A stretch of 64,000 nucleotides of DNA, from the IMG/VR virus record IMGVR_UViG_3300025009_000896, positions 1-64,000 of that record; one strand, written 5' to 3'. This DNA comes from a virus. The notes under the pieces were generated by a model. That model saw only the letters and a list, made by a program, of their open reading frames with translations, made no database searches and was not told the origin of the DNA. The translations under genes and the position numbers were made by a program. The stretch's first letter is position 1; each line of letters starts with the position of its first letter. Positions 10,224 through 21,362 of this stretch are shown one piece after another.

Positions 10224-10940
10224 TTATCGCAACAATTTATGCAAAGTTCTTGTCTTTTCTACATCGTCCTTGCAGTAGTCGGCTATCTCCTGATACTTGC
10301 CCTCTAAATAATGGTCGTACACATTAGACCCTTCTATCTCTCCCTTGCCCTCCATGCCAAAGAACTTGCAGACATAATCCAATCCCACATATTTATCAAT
10401 AGTAAGCCTTGTGGTCATTAAGGACATTTCCATTATGTCCTCTATTCTGTCGTGATATTTACGGGTAGGCAAGACCTGTGTCAGCCATGATAGTTTATGT
10501 TTGATGGATTTGAGCCTTAACACAGAGTTATCAAAGTTGCGTAGATTAAATCCAACGAACGTAGACACTGACATTTTATCCACTATTTTCTTCTCATATC
10601 CCGTTTGTAGGGCGTCACTAAACTGTTCTAATAGTAGCTTTTCATCCAATCCCCATATAACCTTTATCTCCTCGTCCATTATTAGCCCCGACTCTTCAAT
10701 AGCCCACGCTATGCAGAACACTTGACACTCCCATGGATTTAAGGCTGTCTTACGGAACTCGTTTACTCTCTTCTGATAGATTTCTTCGAGTTCATCTTCA
10801 CGCTCTGGTGATGCCCACCATGCGTCAATAGTCTCCTGCTTTTTAAGTGTCTTAGGGCACTTAAGGTCTGCCGTTGTTGGTCTTGCTATCTCCCCGTAGT
10901 CGGGGTTGGGTAAACTCTCAAGATCAAGGTAGATAAACAT
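10224..10940 (-). CDS. PolB-type 3'-5' exonuclease (DEDDy)
   Basis: DLES, GFNLRNFD and YCKDDV motifs. Confidence 0.8.
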   Translation of the reverse strand: MFIYLDLESLPNPDYGEIARPTTADLKCPKTLKKQETIDAWWASPEREDELEEIYQKRVNEFRKTALNPWECQVFCIAWAIEESGLIMDEEIKVIWGLDEKLLLEQFSDALQTGYEKKIVDKMSVSTFVGFNLRNFDNSVLRLKSIKHKLSWLTQVLPTRKYHDRIEDIMEMSLMTTRLTIDKYVGLDYVCKFFGMEGKGEIEGSNVYDHYLEGKYQEIADYCKDDVEKTRTLHKLLR

Positions 10941-10943
10941 GGC

Positions 10944-11189
10944 TCAGTCGTTAAATTCAGTTCCCTTTTCACCGAAGTAGATAGCAAACTCACTTTTATC
11001 TTCTGCGTCAGCATATGCCAAAAAGACATCGCCATAATCTTCGTCATTGCCCAGAAATAATACCTCATCCATTTTATTGGGCTGAAGTGGCGCATCTATA
11101 ATTTCCAAATCGCTACTTACCATTAACCGAAAGACTGTTTTTACGGCCTTTAGTTTTTCTGTCTTGTCTAATGTCGTGTACTTTGTCAT
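10944..11189 (-). CDS. Hypothetical protein
   Basis: ORF track; operon packing. Confidence 0.55.
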   Translation of the reverse strand: MTKYTTLDKTEKLKAVKTVFRLMVSSDLEIIDAPLQPNKMDEVLFLGNDEDYGDVFLAYADAEDKSEFAIYFGEKGTEFND

Positions 11190-11190
11190 C

Positions 11191-11625
11191 TCATTCTTGT
11201 TTTAGTTGGTTTACTTTATCTTTATAGTATGCAATCTTCTCTTCTAACTCCGTCCTTGACCACTTGTAGCCGTGCTTCTTATAGTGTTCGGCCCTGTATT
11301 TAAGTATTAAGAAGTTCTCCTCTCCTATCTTCTCTCTCAGATGTTCTCCATACAATATAAGGTGTGCCTCATTAAAACAATTATCGTGGCTACATTCCCC
11401 ATTTACGTTAAGCTCATCAAACCTTAATCCATCATACCCCCCTGTCGGATAGTAATGTCCTGCTTGCAAAACCTTATACTCTAAACAGGTTATACATGGC
11501 AGCCCCGCATCCCTGAGCCTGATGAACTCATTGAATATCTTTTGGCAGTCAGCCTTTAGTTTCGGCAGAGACTTAGCTTTCGATCCTTTTTTTGATTTCT
11601 TCGTAGTCATATTTCCTTTCATCAA
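11191..11625 (-). CDS. NinG/Rap-like recombination endonuclease
   Basis: FNEFIRLRD..PCITC..AGHY...LRFDELN..GECSHDN. Confidence 0.8.
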   Translation of the reverse strand: MMKGNMTTKKSKKGSKAKSLPKLKADCQKIFNEFIRLRDAGLPCITCLEYKVLQAGHYYPTGGYDGLRFDELNVNGECSHDNCFNEAHLILYGEHLREKIGEENFLILKYRAEHYKKHGYKWSRTELEEKIAYYKDKVNQLKQE

Positions 11626-11995
11626 ATCCGTAGGCGTGTCCTGACAACACTTCTGTAAAGTTATTAAGGTGATGTCTTACCGTCCTATCACTGGTATATC
11701 CCAAGCAAGCCGCTATCTGCTTCTGTTTTATCTTAGGCACAAACTTATCCATAAGGGCAGCGGCTATTATCCTTCGGGGCACATAGTCACCTGCCCTCTT
11801 TACGTCAGTAAGGTCTTCAGGCTTTATCTTATAGTAGTCACATACTTCAGCAATCACTCTCTCTGTTGATATAGGATTAGGTTTGTTGGTTCCGGTTATC
11901 TCCGCCCTCGGTATGTTTAACTTACCAAGTACCCTATCAATGTCTCCAATGACATCAACCATCCTCTGCCTTAGTATGATGAGTTCTTCGGTCAT
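11573..11995 (-). CDS. DnaA C-terminal-like HTH DNA-binding protein
   Basis: VI.EVC.YY.I...DL....R....V.RR.I...L......IA..LG...TV.H pattern. Confidence 0.6.
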   Translation of the reverse strand: MTEELIILRQRMVDVIGDIDRVLGKLNIPRAEITGTNKPNPISTERVIAEVCDYYKIKPEDLTDVKRAGDYVPRRIIAAALMDKFVPKIKQKQIAACLGYTSDRTVRHHLNNFTEVLSGHAYGFDERKYDYEEIKKRIES

Positions 11996-12499
11996 CCCAT
12001 GCTAAGCGTCAGTAAGTGATACATACCCCTCAGTTCTTTCTCAGTGTACTCTACGTGTGACACCTCTGTCCATTCTCCATTAACCTTCTCGCAGACTACT
12101 ACATCCCACCACCCCGATCGCTTTCTCAGCTCGATCTTGGTTGTGTCAATTATCTCCGATGCACCCACTGATTCAGCGTTCACATCTAAAAAGAATTTCC
12201 TTGCCATAGTTTAGATTTTAGGTAGTTTGGGTTGGTTTGTGCCTATTCCTGAAGGCGGTGCGCACTTTTTGCTTGTAGTGCAATACCCTCTTATTCAGGT
12301 CGGTAATAGGGAACTCGATGGATTGGAACTTATAACCACCGTTTTTTTCGCCCTGATACTTCACTAAAATCGCTTTTTCTTTTACGGTTATTTCCACTTC
12401 GCTGTAATATTTTAGGAACCTCACGTAGATAGAAAGTAGCCTGTAAAGGTATGCGATTTTCTGCTGAAATTGTAAGTCTGTGCTTGTCATTTTTTCCAT
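11992..12499 (-). other. Two hypothetical CDSs (11992-12207, 12218-12499)
   Basis: ORF track; operon packing. Confidence 0.55.
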
Positions 12500-12816
12500 A
12501 GTAGTTCAAGTGGTAATAACTCTGCGTTTGATGGTTGGTCTGGTTCGGGAATGTAGATACCTAATTCCATAGAACTTGAAGCATAAACCTCCCATATATA
12601 TCTCTGCATTAACCCCTGTGATACTCCTGATATGCTGTCATACTCTAAATGCTTTTTAAACTCTTCGTGTAGCTGCATTATGTTGGAGTGTGTTACCGGA
12701 TATCCTAATTTGTCAAGGACATAGGGGTACACATGGCCAAACAGTAGGGCATACTGATCTTTATTTGCTTTCTCCAAGTTTGTCAATGGATTCGTCAAGC
12801 ATCTCGCAAAGCTCAA
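12487..12816 (-). CDS. NinB-like protein
   Basis: LG...LHEEFK...S...M..YI..V....ELGIYIPEP pattern; recombination-cluster context. Confidence 0.5.
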   Translation of the reverse strand: MSFARCLTNPLTNLEKANKDQYALLFGHVYPYVLDKLGYPVTHSNIMQLHEEFKKHLEYDSISGVSQGLMQRYIWEVYASSSMELGIYIPEPDQPSNAELLPLELLWKK

Positions 12817-13195
12817 GGAAGGTTATCTTAACCTCTGCATTATCCACGATCTTTGCTATGAACATATCAACCGCATACCTCAGTAACATTGTTCTGCTCT
12901 CCATCTTTATCTGGTGGGCAGACTTAGGTGCAAAAGACTTACCTCCGCCCTGTTGTGGGGGATATGCAGGCTTAGGTAGGCTTACCTTATTATACGTGCC
13001 AGTCCCGTCTCTTTTGGGCAGCGTCTCAAACACATAAAGTATGCTTTCACCGACCTTAAACTTGTCTGCATGATCGCTTTTTGTCCGGTAGAATCCCTCG
13101 TCCCCGTTGTCGAACTTTATAATGAACGAGTAATTACCGTTTGTGTCCTGTTTTTTTAGGTCTTTTACCTCTTTTACTACTGCTGTCTTTTCCAT
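12761..13195 (-). CDS. Putative ssDNA-binding (OB-fold) protein
   Basis: Beta-rich N-terminus (F.NGD.G..., F.VG), Gly/Pro linker, helical C-terminus; context. Confidence 0.5.
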   Translation of the reverse strand: MEKTAVVKEVKDLKKQDTNGNYSFIIKFDNGDEGFYRTKSDHADKFKVGESILYVFETLPKRDGTGTYNKVSLPKPAYPPQQGGGKSFAPKSAHQIKMESRTMLLRYAVDMFIAKIVDNAEVKITFLELCEMLDESIDKLGESK

Positions 13196-13218
13196 TGTTT
13201 TATTTATGTTCGTTGGTT

Positions 13219-13443
13219 TTAATCTTTATCAGAATTTGTATGGCTGCTTCTAAACAAAATCCCCGTCAATATATTAATGCTCAATGCCTGCCAAAAGTTT
13301 ATTTTGATAAGTCCAAAAACTACGGGCATAAGCCAATTCCATATTAACATTGTTGGGAGCGCTAAAAATACTGTCACTATAATTATCAGGGACAACATTA
13401 CTATAAACTTGCCAATTAATTCCATGATTTTGCTTTTTGTCAA
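13219..13443 (-). CDS. Small membrane protein
   Basis: M.IWNWLMP.VFGL..INFWQAL hydrophobic motif. Confidence 0.6.
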   Translation of the reverse strand: MTKSKIMELIGKFIVMLSLIIIVTVFLALPTMLIWNWLMPVVFGLIKINFWQALSINILTGILFRSSHTNSDKD

Positions 13444-13472
13444 AGTTAAACTATTCTTTTGATATCTCCAAA

Positions 13473-13625
13473 TTAATCTTCGTCTTCTTCTTCAATCTCG
13501 AAGATAGTAGCGGCCTCGTTTGCACACTTAAGGCAGTACGGCTCTTCAATGTCATCCTCATTAGGTAGGAATACCTCTGCGGGCTTGCCGCAAATCTTGC
13601 ATCTCTTGTTCTTTGGTGATTTCAT
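13473..13625 (-). CDS. 50-aa zinc-finger protein (below the ORF-track cutoff)
   Basis: MKSPKNKRCKICGKPA...YCLKCANE...EEEDED, read manually. Confidence 0.55.
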   Translation of the reverse strand: MKSPKNKRCKICGKPAEVFLPNEDDIEEPYCLKCANEAATIFEIEEEDED

Positions 13626-13636
13626 AGCTTTTAAGT

Positions 13637-14062
13637 TTAATGGTTTTGCCTTAATACTTTCCGGTAATATTTGATTGTCGTTTGCTTCTTCATGCCACTT
13701 GGGCCACCGTTATAAGTTCTGACAATCCTTTCTATCTCGGTGTGGTGATATTGTGAACAGTGCCACATAAAAACGCTTTTCGCCTTCGTTGTGTCATACA
13801 TCTCCGTTAGTTCGTAATGTATGCCCGTTCTTTGTTCGTAATCGTCAAGCCAAATCTGCCTTATCTGTGCTATTCCCACGGCCCCTTCTTTTTTGTTGTA
13901 GGCCATTGGATTGTTTTGTGACTCCACAGTACATATCGCTTTCCACAGTGTCTCATGCGGCCTTATTGGCTCCCCTGCCTCTATTGTAAGCCCTCCCACC
14001 GGAGGGCAGGCCGCCACCATCGTTGTAGCAAGGCGGATTATGAGTATAGTTAGTTTTTTCAT
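13637..14062 (-). CDS. Lysozyme-like (SLT/destabilase-type) protein with possible lipoprotein signal
   Basis: AICTVES.N...AVGIAQIR...YNGGP motifs; N-terminal ...MVAAC. Confidence 0.7.
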   Translation of the reverse strand: MKKLTILIIRLATTMVAACPPVGGLTIEAGEPIRPHETLWKAICTVESQNNPMAYNKKEGAVGIAQIRQIWLDDYEQRTGIHYELTEMYDTTKAKSVFMWHCSQYHHTEIERIVRTYNGGPSGMKKQTTIKYYRKVLRQNH

Positions 14063-14065
14063 GTC

Positions 14066-14734
14066 TCATTTGCCGGGGAGGCTCTTTTTGCTGTTATGAC
14101 GTTTTACCCGTGAGTTTTCCCTCATCTCATTTACCTGTGAGTTTCCCCTCATCTCATTTACCTGTGAGTTTCCCCTCATCACATTTACCTGTGAGTTTCC
14201 CCACATCTCATTTACCTGTGAGTTTCCCCTCATCTCATTTACCTGTGAGTTTCCCCACATCTCATTTACCTGTGAGTTTTCCCTCATCTCATTTACCTGT
14301 GAGTTTCCCCTCATCACATTTACCTGTGAGTTTCCCCACATCACATTTACCTGTGAGTTTTGCATATAAACAACAACGGCACACTTCATTCTATCAATGT
14401 GGCAGTCTTTTACAACATACAGACCCCCAGTGAGAAACTTTTGATCTGAGGTAATAATCCGTTTGGTGACAATATCTCTTAGTCTTTGTTCTACATACTC
14501 CTTGTGTTCTTCAAACCAATCGGGAATACTACCTTCATCCACCCTTAGCTTGTATTTCTCAATATAAGGCAAATCAGATGTTTCATCGGGAGTATATTCT
14601 ACCCTGATGAAATTGTCCCTAATAGAGTCATCTTTGAGGTTAAACAAGTCTATTATGTCCTCATGGGAAGAAAGGTGAACATCGTGTAGAATATCCCCAT
14701 TCTTCATTACGATTGCTGAATAAAATTTACACAT
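14066..14734 (-). CDS. Hypothetical protein with C-terminal 9-aa tandem repeats
   Basis: Nine NSQVN(E/V)M(R/W)(G/E) units. Confidence 0.75.
   Translation of the reverse strand: MCKFYSAIVMKNGDILHDVHLSSHEDIIDLFNLKDDSIRDNFIRVEYTPDETSDLPYIEKYKLRVDEGSIPDWFEEHKEYVEQRLRDIVTKRIITSDQKFLTGGLYVVKDCHIDRMKCAVVVYMQNSQVNVMWGNSQVNVMRGNSQVNEMRENSQVNEMWGNSQVNEMRGNSQVNEMWGNSQVNVMRGNSQVNEMRGNSQVNEMRENSRVKRHNSKKSLPGK
14103..14360. repeat. 27-bp coding tandem repeat, about 9.5 copies
   Basis: Unit TGAGTTTCCCCTCATCTCATTTACCTG with variation at three positions. Confidence 0.9.
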
Positions 14735-14745
14735 AGCTTTTAGTT

Positions 14746-17700
14746 TTAAGTTTCATTTATGTTATCAATATCTTTTTCTACTTTAATGCCCCAGAACCAA
14801 AGTATCTCGTCATCAACTTTCAAGGCCAAGGATAGCCACTCTTTCATTTGCTTGTTTCTTGTCCACTCCTTACTTGGAGGAGCAAATATAAAACGCTTTT
14901 TTGACATTAGCAAATCTTTTTTACTATAATGGCAGTCTTTGGGGTGAACGTCAATGATAATAACTTCGTCACCCTTCAATAGCTTAGTCTGCATTTGCCC
15001 ATTCTCTTTCTATGTGAAAGTCCTCGACCTTCATCAGTTCAGAACATTCGTAATCGAATTGTACCGAATCCATAGAACATAAACTATTGGCCACTTCTTT
15101 TGTGAATAGGGGTGAATAGACACATCCTATGTATTCAGGGCCGGGACTTGTTATTTGATAGATGATGTGATTGCCTAATGACCCTACCGATAATTGGTAA
15201 TTGGTTGTTTTGCGTATGGTTTCCATGATTTAAGTTATTTGGTTTTAATTATACACACCTCTCCAATTTTGCTATTACTAATTCGAGCGTACACTGAGCT
15301 GAATATGGGTCTTCGCTTTTTACCTCGCCCCGCCTGCGGTTAATGGTTGCTAATACAGTGCTGGCTATCTCGTCGGCAAGTTTATTACACTTCGGAAATA
15401 GTTCTTCTGCTGTTTTCGGCTTTTCAAGTTCTTTTGTTTTCATGACTCGTTAGTTTTGGTTGTTTGTATTGTTTTTTGCATTTGGCCACCTTCCACTTGG
15501 TTTCATATTGCGATATGCCTCCCATATTACAGCGCGTTCTTCTTTGGGCAGTCGCGCACATTCCATCCATCTCGCCAAGCTCACGCGCCTCCCCTTGTCC
15601 TTGCAATAGGTGTCGTTAGGGTGGACTCTCGACATAGCCCCGCCTATAACCCTTCCGTCTTGTTTAACGTTACATACCGTAACACTGCTAAATCCCTTTG
15701 CGGCAATACCATGCCTCCACGTAATCGAATAGTTCTTTGTTTTCATGATAGTTGATTTTAGTTTATAATCAGCAAAACTCCGCATTGCGATCAACGCGGT
15801 TTCTTTGGGAATATATATATCGCCTTCCGGTGTATAATATTCATGACCTACCGTATTTTTTAAAATTCTCTCCTCCATTTTCATGTTCTTTATATTTGTG
15901 GATTACTCCAAAGTTTCCCGTTATTCCTAACTATACATCCGTAAAACTTTTGTATTTTATTTGGCCCCCAATACCAATAAAAATTATCAAAAGTATATTT
16001 GTTCTCATTATCTGAATGGTATTCAGAAGAAAGAAACTCTAACAATTCATTAGATGGTTTTTTTGTTTTATATGTTCGTGTTTTCATTGTCTTAGCTTTA
16101 AATATGTTTCACCCATTCAATAGTTCCGATAATTGTCTCAAAGCCCTGAACCTCGACAACCCTGACAATATCGTCCAATACCTCTAACTTGTACCATTCG
16201 TAACTTGCCCTAAGATAGTCTTCAAGGTCTTTGTGATTATTAGCAATAACTTTTATATTATCGTTATAATCTCTTTCCAGTGTAAATAATAACTTGTTTG
16301 CCATTGCTTTAATTTATTAGTTTAACAATTAACTCATCTTCGCTTACTTCAATCAGGCTATAACGCCCCTGATCTATTAAATAGGGTATTGTCGTTTGAT
16401 AACATCTACCCTTAATATTTTTGAGTTTACGGCTGTCCCTATCGCTTAATCCAGCTAACATAAACACTATTTTATCCCATTCACACTTAACAGTTATCTC
16501 ATTATCAAATAGCTTGTTTTGTGTTACTATTGTCAGCCGTGAAGCCCCCAAATTCATAGGGGTAACTGTCACCCATTCTTTATTTTGTTTCATTACAGGG
16601 CATTTGTGTAAGTTTTACGTTGATATGTCCATTAGGCAATTCTTTTATATTATCTCCGTTGGTTTCATATTCTTCTTTGCCCAGCTTTATTATTTCAGCC
16701 ATTACGGGTACTGGCCTATTATAGTTTTCAGCCATTGCCGATACTGTTATCCACTCATTAACATACTCTAAATATATTTCCGAAAATGATCTTCTGCTAA
16801 GTGCTTTCATAATGCTTTTTGTTTATAGGTTATTAAACTCGATTAGTGATTTTATACATAATGACGGGTATGTATTTCCACAGTAAGATGACCGGATAAT
16901 AATCCGCTCGTGAATGTTCATATCAAGATACTTTTTTCTCATTGAGAGCAGGCAGAACCCGCTAAAGTATTCCAGATTTAGCGCACTATTGCGCCCTATT
17001 TGATCTTTTCGGTTATTCATGGTAGTTTATAATTTGTTTACTCTCGTATAAGAGGCAAGGAATTTAGTATAATCCTGCCGTCTTATGATTTTAAGATTGT
17101 AGCCTATGCTAATTAGTTCTGCTAACAGGCTTTCATATTCTTCAGGGCTTGCAGGAACGCTTTTTGTTATGCAGTGGTTATATTCTGCCGCTGAGTGCTG
17201 TCCAATGTGCTGATATGACATTACATTGCCATCTAAGGTGTCAACGCAGTGAGGGAATAACGCAAATACTCCGTTTTTGTCTTTTCTGAAAATTACTTCG
17301 GTTATTTCAATATCTGTTTCCATCTCGTTTAGTTTAAAATCCATTGAACCTAATTTAAAATAGCTGCTATAAACATAAGTAACAGCATCATTAACCCCAG
17401 TAAAAAGCCTCCTGCAATATCCTTTATAAACTCAGGGCTGTACACTTGCGGCCAGTCAAATGAATTTGACATAAACCGCTTAAATTGATTAATCGCTTTT
17501 TTCATCTGTTATATCCTCCCCGTTTACATAGCCTCCTTAAATACGTGAGGTCCTTAATTTTGGGATATGCAGCATTTCTGGTCGCATCAATTAGGGGCAT
17601 ATCTGCCGTTGTTGTTGTCCACTCCCTGCCGGTGTTCCGGCTCCGGAATGTTACTTTATAATGCCCGTAGCCTGACGGGACAAAATGAAAGTCGTAAACT

Positions 17701-19765
17701 GAAATTGATCTTTCCATGGTTTTATTTTTTAGTGTTAGTTGGGTTTTATTGCTCATCTGTTGTACGACTAATAATAAAATCGTCTAAAATTTCAGTTGTG
17801 TTATATATAATTTTATCGTCTGATTTTCTTATCCAATCACCTGCAAATGGTTTGTAATTTTCATTTATGAAATTGGTATATTCAAGAATATTAAATTCTA
17901 CCACCTCATATATTTTATCGGTGATACTTTGGGCATCCATTCCAGATACCCAAGCTTCATTTTCTATTATTTTTTTGATTTTGTTCTTCATGACTCTTTA
18001 CTTTTAAAATTATATTTTGTTATCCATAAATCCTTCATGTCAATCTTATTGTTGGTAAGATCGTTATTGATATAATTCCATTATAGGGGTAAACTTTTTC
18101 ACTTGCTTCATAAGTTGCCCTTATGCCATTATTACTTAACGTCATCACAACGAAGTTCTCAATGTCGGATAATATCGTTGCGTTGGGAATCTCCACAAAC
18201 ATACTTCGTGTTATTGGCTTGCCGCTTGATCCTTGATAGTTATCCCAAATCATTTCGATAAAATCCACTTTTACTTTCATCGCTATATTTGTTTTCATCT
18301 CCCTTGTAATTAATATTTATACCTTAATCCAAAGAACCTAAATAAAAAACTTACTGCATACAGCCACAATAAGGGCCATAACAATAAGAAATAAAAAGGT
18401 ACTCTGAATTTCTGTCTTCTGTGATTGTGTTAACGTTTTCATAATCTTAGTTATTAGTTAATATTTGCGGTCATTTACAGGCGGGTATTTATCCCGCAAC
18501 GTCATCATGCTTTAACGGACTTTGAACCGGCGCAAATTAGAGTATGGTAAATATTTCGTAGCCCCATGCCGTAAACTCCTCCTCAGTCTGCCCATTTGCG
18601 GGCCTTACAACTTTGGCCTCTACTCCTGCATTGTTAAAGCACTGCCATACGGCCTGAGAAAGTTTGTCATACCCGTAGCCGCCAGCCTTCCCGACATTGC
18701 CATAATTAAATTCCTTGCCTGTCTTGGGGTGCTTCATATCCTTTAACGGGCCTGCCCATAAGATAACGGAGGCTGAGCAAACTGTTCCTGCGGGATTGTC
18801 TGACCAATTAGCAATTAATCGGCCTGCGGGTTTACCTTCAAATAAAATTGCCTTAGCCGTTGATCCGGCACAATGTTTCATTTCGTTTACGTGTGTTTTC
18901 ATCTCTTTATAGTGTTTGGTTTATAATTGTGTTATTTTTACCCGCTTCTTTATAATCCTGTGCGGGTATGGTTCGTTTTCATTATAACATCTTAATTGTT
19001 CCCGTGCTTCTTTTCTTGTTTCTTCGGTGGTCACACATTCCCACCCCTGCCCGTAATTGCTCTGTACTTCGTACTCGTCAACTGTTTTTCTTTTGTATCT
19101 CATTTTATTAGTGTTTATAGGTTAATCCATAGAACATAAATCATTTAAAAATATCCGTATAACAACTGTCACAAACATAGTCCGAAGGGTGACTTTCAAT
19201 ACAAGCCTCAAACCTTGCCCATTTAGCCTTATTAGCATCTCTTAGGGCTGCTAAGGCTAGCAGACTGAGGAAGGTAAGAAGGATAACAGTAAATACCCTC
19301 TTTTCAAATCTGTTGTTTTCAGGTGCGGTCATTGTCTTGTCTATTAGTGAGTGATTAGATTAATTATAATTGGTTAATTAATTCAAACATATGTCCCTCC
19401 CGCCTGTAATGGTCTAGGTCGCTTTTATGACATACGGCGGTCAGCCCGGTTGAGGTAAATCTAATGGTATATAATTTTTCAAGGTTATACCTACCTGTAA
19501 ATTTATGCCCAACAGTGCCACCGTAGCCCCCTACGCGAACGCTAGCGGACTTAATAACAAAATGACAGTCTGATAAATAAATGAGGTCGCGGAACCCGTC
19601 GTTATTGGTTTTTACTCCCTCTTTTTTAGCCTGAGACAATAGCCATACCCGCTGCTTTTCACTTATATTGGCTACCTCGTTGCCCTTCAAAAATGCGGCT
19701 AAAATCTCTTGTGTGTTCATAGCTATTAGATTAATATGACAAAGTAAAACAATAGATGAACACAA
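14746..19765 (-). other. Early / host-takeover region: more than 20 tiny tandem minus-strand ORFs (35-145 aa)
   Basis: Densely packed small ORFs, many starting MKT; promoter-like TACTTTG element at ~19740. Confidence 0.7.
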
Positions 19766-19817
19766 AACAAGTAAAAAGCGATAAAAATGCAGAATTTTTG
19801 ACGAATATATGTTTTTC

Positions 19818-20324
19818 TTATGTCAATGACATAAGTTTGTACATGAACGGCAATGTTTCAATGATGTTTAAATAGGCAAATTCACCAAAATATTTCTTTG
19901 CAGCATCGTTATAAGCTAATGCGGCGGCCTCCTCTGTGCTAAACGTGCCCAAATTCATTCTTTTATTATTATATTGTATTTTGGCCTCGTATTTATTACC
20001 CGAAGCCCCTACACCTTTATATTTATATCCCTGATTAGGCTTACGATTCCGCCCGTTTTCGGCGTGGGTTGCGGTTCTTAAATTATATCTTTGGTTATTA
20101 AGCCCATTATGGTCTATGTGGTCAATCATTATGCCCTTATTTACCCCTAATATGACTCTGTGCATCCTTAGCGGCTCCGGGTGCCCGGGTATGTGTCCAT
20201 GTGAAACCGCATAATAACAATGTTTTTCATGCACACAATACCATCTAAACTGTGACAAATACTCATAATCTGCATCATCAACTAATGCAACCCTGTCTGA
20301 CTTTCTTAACTTAATTTCTTTCAT
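19818..20324 (-). CDS. HNH endonuclease with AP2 domain (homing type)
   Basis: ALVDDADY, MHRVIL, IDHIDHNGLNNQRYNLR, YKGV...LGTF...AA.AYN.AA..YFGEFA; likely start MKEIK at 20324. Confidence 0.9.
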   Translation of the reverse strand: MKEIKLRKSDRVALVDDADYEYLSQFRWYCVHEKHCYYAVSHGHIPGHPEPLRMHRVILGVNKGIMIDHIDHNGLNNQRYNLRTATHAENGRNRKPNQGYKYKGVGASGNKYEAKIQYNNKRMNLGTFSTEEAAALAYNDAAKKYFGEFAYLNIIETLPFMYKLMSLT

Positions 20325-20473
20325 TTCGCATAAATGTAAAAGCCCCAAGTGATGCGAGGCACTTAGGGCTATCTGGTTAACCTAATATCTTAACTGTTTA
20401 GTGTCCTCGCATTAACACGGCGTAAAGATAGTAAATTGTAATATATCAAAACCAGAGAACGTAAACTATTATA

Positions 20474-20971
20474 TCAAAGGGATATATTAAACTCACTTAT
20501 GAACTTTGCATGTATAGCATCATAGTCATTAAATAGCTCATTAATGATATCTAAGCCTGCATCCGATACTCTATAATATATATGTGTATTAGCTGTTCTG
20601 TGGTGCTCTATTAGTCCCCTATCGAGTAGCTTATTAAAATAGTATCTCATTCTCTGGTCATTGTAATACTTAACAAACCTTAATACAGCAGTGAACGTAA
20701 AATCAGCCTTAACAAGTAAGCTATATAGGTATATACCATTCAATACCAATAGATCAGTCCCAGATAACCCGTATTTCTTGCGTGAAGGCCTTAACTGCCT
20801 GAATAGATTATGATATATTAATTGTGTCCTTAGTCGTTCTTTGTCTAAGCTAATGTGTATAGTTAAGTGCGGGGAGGCTGTACTCACTTGTATCTTCCGT
20901 CTCTGTTTATGCCGCAAATATAACCAAAACTTCTGACTTTGAACCCTGAACAACAACCCAGAACAAACCAC
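20474..20971 (-). CDS. Winged-helix (MarR-like) DNA-binding protein; start uncertain
   Basis: L..L.DRGLIE......YYRVSDAG wing motif. Confidence 0.5.
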   Translation of the reverse strand: MVCSGLLFRVQSQKFWLYLRHKQRRKIQVSTASPHLTIHISLDKERLRTQLIYHNLFRQLRPSRKKYGLSGTDLLVLNGIYLYSLLVKADFTFTAVLRFVKYYNDQRMRYYFNKLLDRGLIEHHRTANTHIYYRVSDAGLDIINELFNDYDAIHAKFISEFNISL

Positions 20972-20974
20972 GTT

Positions 20975-21355
20975 CTATTAACCTATTCGTACTATATACT
21001 ATATATATGATAACAGCTATTTATTAACATGCTGATATACAATATAATATACATTACAACTATTCCCTATAATATTCACTATGATAACCACGAATAAGAC
21101 CACTACAATACAGGATCACACTATTAAGCCCTATATAACAGACTATATATGTCATTGCTTTTAATACTGGTGTGCAGTCATTGTATTGCTTTTCAGTGAG
21201 TTAAAAGAAAAACAATCCTTTGTTAAGGGGGTGGGGGGTTCTGATTTGGGTTTGGTCTGGGAGAGATGGCCCCCATAATGTATCGGTGACCCCTCGTATA
21301 ACTATACGTTCTATAAAAATAAACCCCAAAAGACTTGCATAATTCAAATCTATTA
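20975..21355. other. Non-coding AT-rich divergence region with G/C tracts; possible genome terminus, pac site or origin
   Basis: Longest gene-free stretch; strand switch; GGGGGTGGGGGG at 21226-21238 followed by GGCCCCC and GACCCCTC. Confidence 0.4.
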
Positions 21356-21362
21356 ACTACCT

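Noticed and set aside
14103-14360. CRISPR-like repeat array
   Set aside because: Units are head-to-tail with no unique spacers, are 27 bp (in frame) and lie inside a CDS; no cas genes.
15450-15884. Single 144-aa gene
   Set aside because: An internal A-rich initiation region and MKTKN start at ~15746 suggest the main gene begins there; the fusion is unsupported.
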